The notes beneath the pieces were generated by a model. It had not been told where the DNA came from and ran no database searches. It worked only from the letters and a program-made list of their open reading frames with translations. A program made the translations under genes and the position numbers. Below are positions 9,407-19,831 of a stretch of 64,000 nucleotides of DNA, piece by piece. Origin of the DNA: an uncultured Verrucomicrobiae bacterium (GTDB taxonomy: Bacteria; Verrucomicrobiota; Verrucomicrobiia; Chthoniobacterales; UBA10450); NCBI GenBank assembly GCA_963756875.1, contig CAVWPA010000001.1, positions 608,001 through 672,000 on the forward strand, read 5' to 3'. Each line of letters starts with the position of its first letter. Position 1 is the first letter of the stretch.

Positions 9407-11140
9407 ATGGGTAACTCTTTCAAATCATGGGGATGCGCAGCGGCCGCGTTCCTCGCCGCATTTTCCGTGTCGCATGCCCAAAGCAACGCGCCTCAGCTCG
9501 TTGCTGCTCCCAGTTCGGCGTCCCAGACGGCGAACAAACCGCCTGTGTTGGTACAGGCAGCAGCAGCCCCAGTCGCAGCAGCCGCCCCCGCCGCACCGGC
9601 TGTGGCTGCTGGCGCCACCTCTACTGAAGCGGCGAACGGCTCCCAAACTGCCGCGGCAGACACGGCCGAGCCGGAAAGCGCAGTGGAAAGCGGCGGCGTT
9701 GGGGTCCGTGAATTTCAAGGCGACGATGTCGGACAAGTCCTGCGGTTGCTTGCGCGGCAAGCCAAGGTCAACCTGGTAGTGAGCGAAGCCGTCAAGGGCA
9801 CCGTGACGATGCGCCTGGAGGATGTTACCGCCCTTCAAGCAATCTCGATCATTGTGAAGGCCAAAGGCCTTTTCATGGACAAGATCGACAATGTTTATTA
9901 CATCAAGACCCCCGCGGAACGCACCGCTGAGCCGACGGAAAGCGACAGCTATCAGTTCAGCTACGCTCGCGCAAAAGATATTGCGCCGTTGATCGCCTCC
10001 CAGCTGGCAAGCAAACAGCCGCCTCAATTCGACGAACGCACGAACACAATCTTCTTCAGGGAAACCCGCAGCAATATCGACAACGTTCGCAAAATTCTTA
10101 CCCAAATCGACAAGCCGACCCGGCAGGTCATGATTGAAGCGCGCCTGGTGGAAGTCAGCGCAGACCCGGTGCAGGCTTATGGAATTAACTGGGCTGGCAC
10201 GTTCGGGAGTGCTTCCGCTCCGAAGCAATTCACCTACGGAGCGCCTATAGCCGACAGCAGCCCCAAGCCTGGCGAAAATCCGCCCACCTCCGGCTTCGGG
10301 CTGGGCAATGCTAATAGCTCCAACATCCTGGGTAGCCTCGGCCATTTGGCCCTCGGGCAATTCGCGATCCTGACCGTGCCGCAATTTTCAGCGGCGCTGA
10401 CGGCGTTGAACGAAGATTCAGACGCGGAGTTCCTTGCAAATCCTCGCGTGGTCACCGCCGATAATCAGCAGGCAAAGATTGAGATCATCCGGAACCAGCC
10501 TGTGCCGCAACTGAATTTCAACGAACAGACCGCCACAGCGGTCTTTGGCGGATTCCAGGATAAGACATTTGGAAACAAACTGGTCGTCCGTCCTTCAATC
10601 AACAAAGACAACTTTATCACGCTGTCGGTCAAGCCGGAGATCAGCAACAAAGTGGCGGACTTTCACTTCATCTTCAACGGAGCGGATGTTTTTAGTCCAA
10701 TCATTGATACGCGGACGCTCGACTCTAACGTGTTGATCAAGAGCGGCGATACGCTTGCCATTGGCGGATTGCTTTCCGACCAGGTAACAAAAGGCCGGTC
10801 AAAAGTCCCGATCCTGGGCGACATCCCGTTCCTTGGATACGCATTTCAGAATCACGATAACGAGCGCCACAAGCGTAACCTGCTTGTCTTCGTCACACCG
10901 ACAATTCTCGATCAACGTTACGGCACAGGATTGGAAGACCAGGTCTCAGGGGTCCACCACACTGGCGAGGAATATGCCGATCCGGACGGCTGGCGAAACA
11001 ATGCCAGGGGCGCTGTGCGGCTGGTCCCGACATCGAATCGCCAGCTCGCTGCTGATTATGCCAAACCCGGAGTGCCTCCGGCGCCGGAAGAGGCCACCGA
11101 CATCCAGTTTAGGAGTTCGGCAAAAGATCGCGACTTCTAG
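9407..11140 (+). CDS. Secretin (GspD/PilQ family outer-membrane channel)
   Basis: Signal peptide after ATG 9407; QIDKPTRQVMIEARLVE, ANPRVVTADNQ, GDTLAIGGL, KVPILGDIPFLG and LLVFVTPTI motifs. Confidence 0.9.
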   Translation: MGNSFKSWGCAAAAFLAAFSVSHAQSNAPQLVAAPSSASQTANKPPVLVQAAAAPVAAAAPAAPAVAAGATSTEAANGSQTAAADTAEPESAVESGGVGVREFQGDDVGQVLRLLARQAKVNLVVSEAVKGTVTMRLEDVTALQAISIIVKAKGLFMDKIDNVYYIKTPAERTAEPTESDSYQFSYARAKDIAPLIASQLASKQPPQFDERTNTIFFRETRSNIDNVRKILTQIDKPTRQVMIEARLVEVSADPVQAYGINWAGTFGSASAPKQFTYGAPIADSSPKPGENPPTSGFGLGNANSSNILGSLGHLALGQFAILTVPQFSAALTALNEDSDAEFLANPRVVTADNQQAKIEIIRNQPVPQLNFNEQTATAVFGGFQDKTFGNKLVVRPSINKDNFITLSVKPEISNKVADFHFIFNGADVFSPIIDTRTLDSNVLIKSGDTLAIGGLLSDQVTKGRSKVPILGDIPFLGYAFQNHDNERHKRNLLVFVTPTILDQRYGTGLEDQVSGVHHTGEEYADPDGWRNNARGAVRLVPTSNRQLAADYAKPGVPPAPEEATDIQFRSSAKDRDF

Positions 11141-11161
11141 GAATTTTGAAGCTGTGGGGTT

Positions 11162-11199
11162 GAGAGGGGGCGGACGCTCGCAAGGGCTCCGCCCTCTTT
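11162..11199 (+). terminator. Probable intrinsic terminator after the secretin gene
   Basis: Stem GAGAGGGGGCGGA...TCCGCCCTCT followed by TTGGTT. Confidence 0.45.
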
Positions 11200-11212
11200 G
11201 GTTATCTCGAAC

Positions 11213-11343
11213 ATTCCCTCACTGCCGCCCTTTGCGCGCGCGTTTCTCCCGGCGGGAGAAAGGGAAGAAAACGGTTCGGTAACTCACGCTCTGTTCCCTC
11301 TCCCGCTGGGAGAGGCAGACCGCATTAGGCGCCGGTGAGGGAA
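11213..11343. repeat. Inverted pair of BoxC-like palindromic intergenic repeats
   Basis: CCCTCAC...TCTCCCGGCGGGAGA and CCCTCTCCCGCTGGGAGAGG...GGTGAGGG between convergent genes. Confidence 0.55.
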
Positions 11344-11368
11344 CAGTTCGATCTATCGCCTTTTATTT

Positions 11369-11974
11369 TTACCCGCTGAGATACTTGCTCAAACGAGCCC
11401 GTAACTCTGTTCGAGCCCGGAAGAGCACGCTTTTTACCGCCGGCACGGAGAGATTCAGGACTTCGCCGATTTGCTCGTAACTAAGCTCCTCGTAGCGGCG
11501 TAGAACCAGGGCGAGGCGTTGGCTTTCGGGAAGCGCCTGGATCGCCTCCTCGATCGCTTGCTGCAGCTCTCTCTCAAGAAGCGAGGCATCGGGCAAGCGA
11601 CCCGTTTCGTCCCTTAGCGGGATCTCCTCGCCTTGTGGGTCGGCCTGGATGGGAACATGGGCCTGCCGCTTGGAGCGACGCAGTTCGTTAAAAACCAGAT
11701 TGCGCGTGATCTTGAGCAACCAGGTCGTGAATTTGGCCCGGGGGACATAGCGACCGGCGCTCTTCCAAACACGAATGAAAACCTGCTGGGCGATGTCCTC
11801 TACATCGGAATTGCTTCCGAGCATTCGCGCTACCGTGCCGGCGACGAGTGCCTGATGCCGCTCAATCAATTCCTCAAAGGCTGTCGTGTCGCCGGTGCGT
11901 ATCAATCGCATCAATCGGACATCTTCGGCATCGCCCTCTACCGGGTCGTTGGGTGGGGCGTCAGGGTGGGACAT
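11369..11974 (-). CDS. ECF RNA polymerase sigma-70 factor
   Basis: DVEDIAQQVFIRVWK, FTTWLLKITRN and region 4 LSYEQIGEVL...VKSVLFRAR. Confidence 0.93.
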   Translation of the reverse strand: MSHPDAPPNDPVEGDAEDVRLMRLIRTGDTTAFEELIERHQALVAGTVARMLGSNSDVEDIAQQVFIRVWKSAGRYVPRAKFTTWLLKITRNLVFNELRRSKRQAHVPIQADPQGEEIPLRDETGRLPDASLLERELQQAIEEAIQALPESQRLALVLRRYEELSYEQIGEVLNLSVPAVKSVLFRARTELRARLSKYLSG

Positions 11975-12140
11975 CGATCAGGCGCGGGTTCGCGATCTCG
12001 CAGTAATCACCACCGCAAATACTCAAATCCCTGGCGACTTGGGTCGACCAAAGATTGGCGGTTGCTGCTCCGGTGCTTTTTGTTGCAACCGGCGAGTCGA
12101 GTGTGCATCATAACGAATATCTCTCAGGGCCCGGCTGCGG

Positions 12141-13289
12141 ATGAATTACGCACTTATTCCAAAAGAACTTAGGTCGGTCGCGGAAAAAATCGAGGCACGG
12201 CAACGGATTTCCGACGCCGAGGCATTCGAATTGTACCGCTCGCCCGATCTCAATGCCCTTGGTCTTCTTGCGAGTGACGTCCGTAAACAGAAGAACGGAA
12301 ATTACGCCACGTATATTCACAATCGGTATATCAACTACTCCAATATTTGCGTCCTTTCTTGTCAGTTCTGCGCTTTTGCCGCCAAGAAACGCGATGCGCA
12401 CGCTTTTGAATACGCAATTGATGAAATTGTTGCCGTTGTAAGAGAAGCTCTTCGTGTCGGAGTGACCGAAGTCCACATGGTCGGCGGCTTGCATCCGACT
12501 CTGAAAAAGGATTGGTACCTCTGCCTTTTGCGCGAGTTGCGGGCCCTTGATCCTGACCTGCACATCAAGGCTTTCACCGCCATCGAGGTACGCCATCTCG
12601 CTCGGCGAGTTTTTCGGATGCCGATTCGTGAGACACTCGAGCTCTTGCGTGAGGTCGGCCTCGGTTCAATGACGGGGGGTGGCGCCGAAATCTTTGATCC
12701 GATTGTCCGTGAAAAGATTTGCCGCGGAAAGGAGACCGCAGCTCAGTGGCTCGACGTTCACCGAACGTGGCATAAAATGGGCGGGCGCAGCACCTGTACG
12801 ATGCTTTATGGGCATATCGAGACGATTGCTCACCGCATCGATCATTTGCGTCAGTTGCGCGAATTGCAGGATGAAACCGGCGGTTTCAGCGGTTTCGTTC
12901 CGTTTGCGTTCGAACCGCAGACGACAGTGCTTTCCCACATCAAACCAGCGTCTCCAGTTGAGCAGCTTCGGAACCTCGCCGTTAGTCGCATCTACCTCGA
13001 TAACATCGATCATCTCACCGCTTATTGGGTGAGCATGGGGTTGCCGCTCGCGCAGGTCTCGCTCAGCTATGGCGTCGACGACCTGCACGGGACGATCCTG
13101 GAAGAGAAAATTTTTCACATGGCCGGCGCCACGACTCCACAACAGCAAACCATTGCGTCGCTCGAACGCGCCATCCGAGAATCCGGGAGGGAACCGATCC
13201 AGCGCGACAGCCACTACCGTCACGTCATTTCGAAAACGACTTCCACCGGGAACGGCACGCATCCGGAGCCGGTGCTGGCCTGCGCCTGA
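12141..13289 (+). CDS. mqnE: Aminofutalosine synthase MqnE (radical SAM, CofH/MqnE family)
   Basis: CVLSCQFCAF (CxxxCxxC), HIKAFTAIEV, GGGAEIF, TMLYGHIET and YGVDDLHGTILEEKIFHMAGA; adjacent to mqnA. Confidence 0.85.
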   Translation: MNYALIPKELRSVAEKIEARQRISDAEAFELYRSPDLNALGLLASDVRKQKNGNYATYIHNRYINYSNICVLSCQFCAFAAKKRDAHAFEYAIDEIVAVVREALRVGVTEVHMVGGLHPTLKKDWYLCLLRELRALDPDLHIKAFTAIEVRHLARRVFRMPIRETLELLREVGLGSMTGGGAEIFDPIVREKICRGKETAAQWLDVHRTWHKMGGRSTCTMLYGHIETIAHRIDHLRQLRELQDETGGFSGFVPFAFEPQTTVLSHIKPASPVEQLRNLAVSRIYLDNIDHLTAYWVSMGLPLAQVSLSYGVDDLHGTILEEKIFHMAGATTPQQQTIASLERAIRESGREPIQRDSHYRHVISKTTSTGNGTHPEPVLACA

Positions 13290-13291
13290 GT

Positions 13292-14101
13292 GTGGCAGCG
13301 CCAGATTCTGTCGGTTCGACTACCAAAAGTCGGCAACCGCTCCGGATCGGTTGCGTCAAATACCTCAACGCGCGCCCTCTGATTCGCGGTTGGCCTGGTG
13401 AGGTCTCTTTAGAGCATCCTGCGGCGCTCTGCGCGGGGCTCGCCGCCGGGGAACTCGATGTTGCCCTGGTCTCGAGTTTCGAATTTCTGCGCAATCCGAT
13501 CTACACGATCGTGGACGGGGTCGCGATTGCGTCGGATGGGCCTGTTTACAGCGTTTTTGTAGCACATCCGCCTGATGTCCGGCTCAAGGAGATAGAGTTG
13601 GATCCGGCCTCGGCGACCGGCGTTGCCCTCCTGCGATATTTGATGTCCGAGCGAGGACAGAATCTCGTGCCGCTGGAGCCTCCCGAGGACAAGCTCTCTC
13701 CACTAAATCCGGGTCGGTCGCGTTTCTTGATCGGCGATCAGGCCATACGGTTTCGCCAGAAGTTTGGGGACGCCTACCATTATTGGGACCTTGGGGAACA
13801 ATGGCGGGGGGTGGCAAGATTGCCTTTCGTTTATGCTCTTTGGCTCATTCGACCCGAAGTACGCGATGCCAGTGCTACCGCAGGGCGGTTGCGCGCGTTG
13901 CGAGACGAAAACCTCGCAAACATCGATGAGTTGATTGCCGAGGAGAGCGGGTTCGATCGCGAATTTTGTGCCCGATATTTTCGCGAACATTTGCGGTTTA
14001 ATCTTGGAGAACGGGAAAAAGCAGCGTTGCAGACTTTTCAAAAGTTGTGCGAAAAGAGCGGGCTCCTTCCCAAACGCACGATCGAATTCACCATCGTCTA
14101 G
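13292..14101 (+). CDS. mqnA: Chorismate dehydratase MqnA (futalosine menaquinone pathway)
   Basis: RIGCVKYLNARPL, IASDGPVYSV, LIGDQA and DLGEQW..LPFVYALW motifs; GTG start right after mqnE. Confidence 0.87.
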   Translation: MAAPDSVGSTTKSRQPLRIGCVKYLNARPLIRGWPGEVSLEHPAALCAGLAAGELDVALVSSFEFLRNPIYTIVDGVAIASDGPVYSVFVAHPPDVRLKEIELDPASATGVALLRYLMSERGQNLVPLEPPEDKLSPLNPGRSRFLIGDQAIRFRQKFGDAYHYWDLGEQWRGVARLPFVYALWLIRPEVRDASATAGRLRALRDENLANIDELIAEESGFDREFCARYFREHLRFNLGEREKAALQTFQKLCEKSGLLPKRTIEFTIV

Positions 14102-14115
14102 TCAGTCCGACAGCC

Positions 14116-15288
14116 CTAAATTCCAGCCCGGTCGAGCAGCGAAGCAAGAACTGTTTCCGCTTCGAAAACCTCGCGCGCGATCTGTCTGGCGGCGCGGGAA
14201 TGTTTCGAATAATCTCTGTTAATCTTTCTGACCGTCTCGACAATTTCGCCTAACGACTTAAATGCGAGCAGGCCGGCGTTGCCGCCGTAGTTATCGGTGA
14301 AACCGGTTTCCTGCGTAATGACCGGACGTCCGGCCGCCAAATAACATGCGCTTCGGTCACTGAACCAGCCGGTCTTCAAGCGGACATACTGGTCTTTTGC
14401 CACGGTGAACTCTCCCTTCGAGCGCTGGATGTAATTGCGATACGACCAGTAATCCACGCTTAACTGGTGCGGGGATTTAAGCCGCCACCGGTTTCGCACG
14501 AAGCGGTCGTGCGTTTTTCGATCCTTGATGTCGGTGGCGAGCTCAAACGTTTCGCCGCACTTTTTTGGAGCGGCGACGAATCGGATGAACTCGCGCGACT
14601 TGCTCCAGAGATATTTTTCGCCACGCCAGGTGATGTCCTTAAGTCCGCTTGTGGACCAGTTGGCGATGGACGTGAAGAGGGCGGCGGGCGCCGGCCGGCG
14701 GTTTGTTTTCCACAGGTCGGTCACTACCGGTTGCCGCGTCGGCAGCCATTTTAATCCGTGTTTTGGGACCGGAAAGGTGTCGCGGCCGACATTCTCTCCA
14801 AATGTGAACAGCGCATGGTGCCGGCCGAGGTAATCAACAGTCGACTTGACGCATTTGTCGATCTTGATTTGCTCCACGCCCGGATCGCTTTCGATGTAAA
14901 TAAGCCGATCGCTCTTGAGCAGGTCGTCGTTGAATTCCTGCGTGCCGCAGATATTGAAGATCGCGTCCGCGTCGCGATAAAGCTGGCGAATTTCCTTCAA
15001 GGACAAACCGGCGGTCGGTTTGCTCTTTAAATAGCGCGCGCAAAATCCCCAGCGGTTCTCGAAACCAAATTCGCGCGCCAAGCGGTCGAGCGTTTCGCCC
15101 GCGTAATCGAACTCGTCGCTAATCTCGAACGTTTCCGGGTTGTACGGAAACCGGGCCGAATCTTCGATGTAATAAACATCGTGTCCCAGCCGTTGCAGCC
15201 CAACGACGTAATGGATGTGTTGCCAGATCACACCCGCGATTGGCATCGAGCCCATGAAACCCATTACGACGATGCGTTTGCGCTGCAT
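14116..15288 (-). CDS. Putative GT-B glycosyltransferase-like protein
   Basis: Start [10 protein letters not shown] overlaps the upstream stop; GLQRLGHDVYY and GWFSDRSACYLAAGRPVITQETG motifs. Confidence 0.7.
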   Translation of the reverse strand: MQRKRIVVMGFMGSMPIAGVIWQHIHYVVGLQRLGHDVYYIEDSARFPYNPETFEISDEFDYAGETLDRLAREFGFENRWGFCARYLKSKPTAGLSLKEIRQLYRDADAIFNICGTQEFNDDLLKSDRLIYIESDPGVEQIKIDKCVKSTVDYLGRHHALFTFGENVGRDTFPVPKHGLKWLPTRQPVVTDLWKTNRRPAPAALFTSIANWSTSGLKDITWRGEKYLWSKSREFIRFVAAPKKCGETFELATDIKDRKTHDRFVRNRWRLKSPHQLSVDYWSYRNYIQRSKGEFTVAKDQYVRLKTGWFSDRSACYLAAGRPVITQETGFTDNYGGNAGLLAFKSLGEIVETVRKINRDYSKHSRAARQIAREVFEAETVLASLLDRAGI

Positions 15289-15875
15289 TACTGGAAGGTT
15301 TTGACCACGTTTGCCGGATTGCCGGCTACCACAGAATTCGGCGGAACACTTTTGGTGACGACCGATCCTGCCGCTACTACGGAGTTCTCGCCGATGGTAA
15401 CACCTTTCAGAATTGTTGCGTTCATCCCAATCCAGACATTGTCGCCAATCTCGACCGGCGCAGTTTTCAAGGCGGGCCGTTTGGGGCGATTTTTGTAAAA
15501 GGGCGCGAGCGCCTGCGCGTCGATCAGGCGCTGGGCCGGTTCGAGGGGGTGAAAATCGCAATCAGCGATCCCGACGTTCCAGGAAATCAGGCAGTGCGAC
15601 CCGATAACGATCTTCTCTTCCGCCATGATCAGAGCGCCGTTGAGCAAGGTGAAATCGCCAATGACACATTGGCCTGCTTCTCCCATCGCGAAGGAACATC
15701 CGGCGTAAACGGAGACATGTTTTCCAATTAAGATCGCTCCCGATTTTTTATTGCGGAGGTAGCGAAAGACCTGCGCGGTCTCGCAATAAAACCCTTCCCC
15801 GAACTCAACATTCGGAGGGATCGGGTCTTTCCACCAGTCTCCTTCCACGCGTCGATCCGGCCGGACGTTGCTCAT
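15288..15875 (-). CDS. Hexapeptide-repeat acyltransferase
   Basis: [35 protein letters not shown] left-handed beta-helix motif. Confidence 0.9.
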   Translation of the reverse strand: MSNVRPDRRVEGDWWKDPIPPNVEFGEGFYCETAQVFRYLRNKKSGAILIGKHVSVYAGCSFAMGEAGQCVIGDFTLLNGALIMAEEKIVIGSHCLISWNVGIADCDFHPLEPAQRLIDAQALAPFYKNRPKRPALKTAPVEIGDNVWIGMNATILKGVTIGENSVVAAGSVVTKSVPPNSVVAGNPANVVKTFQ

Positions 15876-17668
15876 GTCGAAAACTTTCCGGACGAGTAAA
15901 GTTTTGCGTAAACACCGCCGCGCGCGACCAATTCGTCACCGCGCCCTTGTTCCACGATACGGCCGCGATCGAGCACGATGATTTGGTCCACGTCGTGGAT
16001 TGTTGCCAGCCGGTGCGTTGCGATCAGTGTTGTGCGGCCGCGCATGAGTTCTTTGATTGTTTCCATAATGGCAGACTCGGTCGCCGGGTCGAGGGCGGAC
16101 GTCGGTTCATCAAGCAGCAAAATCGGTGCATTTTTTAAAAACGCGCGGGCGATTCCAATTCGCTGCCGCTGGCCGACGCTCAAATGTCCGCCACGTTCCC
16201 CAACCAGGCTGGCGTAACCGTTTGGCAGCGCACGGATGAATTCATCCGCCTGGGCGCGGCGCGCGGCATTGACAATCTCTTCTTCGCTCGCGTCGGGACG
16301 GCCATACGCGATGTTTTCGCGCACGGTGGTCGAAAAGAGCAACGTGTCCTGCAGAACCATTCCGATTTGTGCGCGCAACGATTTCTTTTTGATCTGGCGA
16401 AGGTTGCGTCCATCGAGGCCGACAGAACCGGACGCGGGATCGTAGAATCGCGGGACCAGGCTTAGAAGAGTGCTTTTGCCTGCGCCGGTTCCGCCTACCA
16501 GCGCGATGATTTGATTCGGTTCGATGTGAAGATCGATATCATGCAGGACGCGTCGATCTTGCGCGTAACCAAAGGAGACGTTGCGAAACTCCAGTGCACC
16601 TTTGGTCTCCGCAATGTCGATCGCATCGGGCGAATCGACCACATCATCTTGCCGGTCAAGGACTTCGAAGCAGCGCCTCGCGCCGGCTGTCGCGCCTTCC
16701 ATGGCCCAGGCGGTGTACGTAAGCGATTCGAGAGGTTGATAAAGCATTAACAGATAAGCGCTGAAGACAAGGAGCGAACCAAGCGTGAGCGTTCCGGCCA
16801 GGACGTGCATTGTTCCGAGGTAATACATTGCAGCTGTGCCGACGACCATGAGTGTGCTGATGATCAGCGCGCTATTCAGGTTGGTTAAAGTGAGTCGCAA
16901 GTTGGCCTGCAAACTTTGCTGGGCTTGCGTGCGAAACTGGTGCACTTCCCAATCTTCGCGTCCGAAGGCATGGACCATGCGAATGGAGCTGAGCCCTTCC
17001 TGAGCCTGCGCCAGGACCGCGCTTTCCTGTTCCTGGATAAAGGTCGATTCCCGGCGAATGCGATGAGCGAAAAAATAAATCGTGGCAAGGAGCAGAGGAA
17101 CAATTCCAAGCGAAAGCAACGTGAGCTGCCAGTCGATCCGGATCATCACGGCGAAAGTGCCGGCGAGCGTGATGACTGACGCAAAGATATTGGTAAAGCC
17201 TTTATTGTAGATCGTTTGAATCGATTGTGAATCGTACGCCACCCGAAAACTGGAATCGCTCGAACGGCGGGCATCATGATACTTGAGCGACAACGATTGC
17301 AGATAAGAGTAAAGATCGGTGCGAAGTTTCAAGAGCGCCTGCAACCCAACCTTCACGAACAGATAATTCGTGATCCAATTGATGATTCCCCATAAAATTT
17401 GAATTACAACAAGCGCCAGACAGAGGATCAGGACGTTGGCCGCAAGACCCGATTCGAGAGCAATCTGATGGCTTCCCACGCGGACAATTAGCGGCGCAGC
17501 TTGTGCGGATATATTCCCGGCACGCGGCAAAATTTGGTCGACAATGATTTTGAGCGGCCAGGGTTTGAGTAAATTGAGACCGATCCCGACGAGCGAAAGC
17601 AGTAATCCGAAAACGGTTTGTGCCAAAAACGGCTGGTAATAGCGAAGGACGCGCCGGTAGATCGACAT
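15872..17668 (-). CDS. ABC exporter, fused permease/ATPase (MsbA-like)
   Basis: N-terminal [20 protein letters not shown] and [11 protein letters not shown] motifs. Confidence 0.93.
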   Translation of the reverse strand: MSIYRRVLRYYQPFLAQTVFGLLLSLVGIGLNLLKPWPLKIIVDQILPRAGNISAQAAPLIVRVGSHQIALESGLAANVLILCLALVVIQILWGIINWITNYLFVKVGLQALLKLRTDLYSYLQSLSLKYHDARRSSDSSFRVAYDSQSIQTIYNKGFTNIFASVITLAGTFAVMIRIDWQLTLLSLGIVPLLLATIYFFAHRIRRESTFIQEQESAVLAQAQEGLSSIRMVHAFGREDWEVHQFRTQAQQSLQANLRLTLTNLNSALIISTLMVVGTAAMYYLGTMHVLAGTLTLGSLLVFSAYLLMLYQPLESLTYTAWAMEGATAGARRCFEVLDRQDDVVDSPDAIDIAETKGALEFRNVSFGYAQDRRVLHDIDLHIEPNQIIALVGGTGAGKSTLLSLVPRFYDPASGSVGLDGRNLRQIKKKSLRAQIGMVLQDTLLFSTTVRENIAYGRPDASEEEIVNAARRAQADEFIRALPNGYASLVGERGGHLSVGQRQRIGIARAFLKNAPILLLDEPTSALDPATESAIMETIKELMRGRTTLIATHRLATIHDVDQIIVLDRGRIVEQGRGDELVARGGVYAKLYSSGKFST

Positions 17669-17772
17669 AAATATTTGAGATTGCGGAATTGTTAATTCGG
17701 ATTGAACTACATGCGCTGCTAAAGGTCAGAGGTTAAGTCCGAAATCCGGAATCTGAAATCCGAAATCTTCTT

Positions 17773-18414
17773 GTGCATCAGCTTCTTCAAATCTGGTTCG
17801 ACTGGGTCCAGCATGGCGGCTATCTCGGCGTCATCGCGCTGATGGCGATGGCCAGCTCTCCGTTGCCCGTGCCGGCCGAAATCGTCATACCGCCCGCCGC
17901 TTTTCTGGCAGCCCAGGGGCGGTTCAGTTTGGCAGGGGTGATTCTTGCCGGAACACTGGGCTCATACCTGGGCGGGACCGTTGTTTACTGGGTATCGCAG
18001 TGGATCGGCCGCCCGCTGGTCTTGCGATTTGGACGCTACGTCTTGCTCACGCCCAAAAAACTTGAGGACGCCGAGCACTGGCTCGACCGGTACGAGGGTG
18101 GCGGAGTGTTCTTCGGCAGAATCTTGCCGGTCGTTCGGCATCTGATCTCCATTCCCGCAGGCATTGTCCGGATGAATTTCGCGCTGTTCAGCGTGACGAC
18201 GCTGGTTGGCTCGGCGGTCTCGTGCGGTCTGCTTGCATATCTGGGGCGTCGCGCCTATTTCGTTGAGCCCCAGCTCTTAACCAACCCGGAAGCGATGGTG
18301 CACTTTATTAAGTCACAGTCGCGATGGATCCTCCTGGTCGTTCTCATTTTCGCGGCGATGTATTTCGTGGCGCTCAGGCTGATGCAGGCGCGCCCGGCGC
18401 CGGAGGGCGAATAA
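17773..18414 (+). CDS. DedA family membrane protein
   Basis: PVPAEIVIPPAAF and GRILPVVRHLISIPAG motifs. Confidence 0.9.
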   Translation: MHQLLQIWFDWVQHGGYLGVIALMAMASSPLPVPAEIVIPPAAFLAAQGRFSLAGVILAGTLGSYLGGTVVYWVSQWIGRPLVLRFGRYVLLTPKKLEDAEHWLDRYEGGGVFFGRILPVVRHLISIPAGIVRMNFALFSVTTLVGSAVSCGLLAYLGRRAYFVEPQLLTNPEAMVHFIKSQSRWILLVVLIFAAMYFVALRLMQARPAPEGE

Positions 18415-18547
18415 AGGCATGTCCGGGCGGCCAAGTGTAAATAAATAAGACACTTGTGTCATATTTGTGCCGGCATTGGTCCGCATTGAGACTCGGTCGT
18501 GGTTGGAAGGGGGCTATCCACTATCTGTGGGCGAAGATTGAACAAAA

Positions 18548-18562
18548 TGGCACCGGACGTGC
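18548..18562 (+). promoter_or_regulatory. Sigma54 (-24/-12) promoter upstream of a small ORF
   Basis: TGGCACCGGACGTGC(T): GG-N10-GC with TGGCAC and TGC elements, ending 18 nt before ATG 18580. Confidence 0.6.
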
Positions 18563-18579
18563 TCTAACAATCGAACGTT

Positions 18580-18762
18580 ATGAAGAAGAACAACCTCATA
18601 TTGAAGCCACGCACGAAGTTTTCTCTCGGCGATCTCATCCTCGCTGTGAGTTCTTGCACCCGAAACACGAAGGAGACGGTCGCAACAGTGGCCGATCTGC
18701 TCGATAGCGGTAAGGTTCGCCTGCAAAGCAACGGTCGCTTCCTGCGAGCCAGGGTTTGCTAG
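18580..18762 (+). CDS. Small hypothetical protein (60 aa)
   Basis: ATG ORF bracketed by a sigma54-like promoter and a strong terminator. Confidence 0.7.
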   Translation: MKKNNLILKPRTKFSLGDLILAVSSCTRNTKETVATVADLLDSGKVRLQSNGRFLRARVC

Positions 18763-18787
18763 ACTAGCTGACCAACGACTTTCGAAG

Positions 18788-18824
18788 TCGCTCCGGTGAT
18801 TTGTCCACCGGAGCGATTTTTTTT
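18788..18824 (+). terminator. Intrinsic terminator
   Basis: Perfect 11-bp stem TCGCTCCGGTG/CACCGGAGCGA followed by T8. Confidence 0.85.
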
Positions 18825-18919
18825 ACGATTTCCAGTATATTTGAAACGCCCGATTGGTCGGGTTCACTCTTCGAAAGAGGTTGCAGAGTGGGCCACTGAT
18901 CAGCAGGCGATTCCCGGCG

Positions 18920-19831
18920 CTACGGTATGGGCGGCAGGGCGCCGGCGAGCATAAGAAGGGCGCCGCAATACATCAGCGTATCTGCGAAGTAATTAATGCC
19001 CTCGAGGCTTCCGCGTTCTGCGATTGCGAACGGCACGTACACGACCAACACCACGAAGAGCACTGTCACGCCTAGCCACGTCGCAGCGGCGCGGCTTTTC
19101 TTGCCGACTAGCAAGAAAGTACCTGCAATGGCGTAAACTGCGGCTACCAAGTACGTCCAAATGGCGTGGCCCCAGATCCACACGGGCGTCAGCGCTTCCA
19201 GGGGAATGCCGGGAACATGATTGCCGTGCATGAATTGCTCGAGGCTGTAAAACAGCACGGGAACGGCAATGAAGTATCGCGCGATGGTGGCAAAAATGTG
19301 CGTGCCGCGCTCGCGCCACCGCTCGGTGAGACTGGCAGCCAGGGCCAAAGCGCCGCCACCGAAGGATAGTTCGCGGAGGGCGAGGGTCAGCGCAAAGCGA
19401 TCGTGCAGATGGCGCGCCCAGCCCGGGACGTCCATCAGCGCCACGAAAAGGAAAAAGGTCAAGGCGAGCAAGCTCGCCGCGAGACGCGCTTGAATCCGCG
19501 TGACCAAACTCAGCCCGGCGGCGACGAAGCAAGCGCCTACGAAATACGCCCAAAAGTAATGCCAGGGAATCCACTTCGGTACGCTCGACGCGATGGCCTT
19601 GGTTATTGTGAAATGTTCGGTGCCGAAGGCGGCCACCGGCGCTGCGTAGAAAAGCGGCCCGAACAGAATCAGCTTGTCGAGCCCTCGCACCTTTTGCCAA
19701 TAGCCGCGAAGAAAAATCACGGCTAGCCCGATGGCAAAAACCACTCCAAAAGCAAAATAGGCCCAAATCACCTGGCTGGGAATTGCGGCGAGAACCATGC
19801 CTGTCGGCGAATTCATTAAGGTGCCGCTCAT
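18920..19831 (-). CDS. DoxX-like multi-pass membrane protein with internal duplication
   Basis: Two similar halves (EHF...PKWIP..WAYFVG and EQF...PVWIW..WTYLVA); about 8-9 TM segments. Confidence 0.7.
   Translation of the reverse strand: MSGTLMNSPTGMVLAAIPSQVIWAYFAFGVVFAIGLAVIFLRGYWQKVRGLDKLILFGPLFYAAPVAAFGTEHFTITKAIASSVPKWIPWHYFWAYFVGACFVAAGLSLVTRIQARLAASLLALTFFLFVALMDVPGWARHLHDRFALTLALRELSFGGGALALAASLTERWRERGTHIFATIARYFIAVPVLFYSLEQFMHGNHVPGIPLEALTPVWIWGHAIWTYLVAAVYAIAGTFLLVGKKSRAAATWLGVTVLFVVLVVYVPFAIAERGSLEGINYFADTLMYCGALLMLAGALPPIP

Noticed and set aside
12141..13289. Radical SAM enzyme as a maturase for the peptides
   Set aside because: It has MqnE/CofH-family motifs, is coupled to mqnA and is 27 kb away, so it belongs to menaquinone synthesis.
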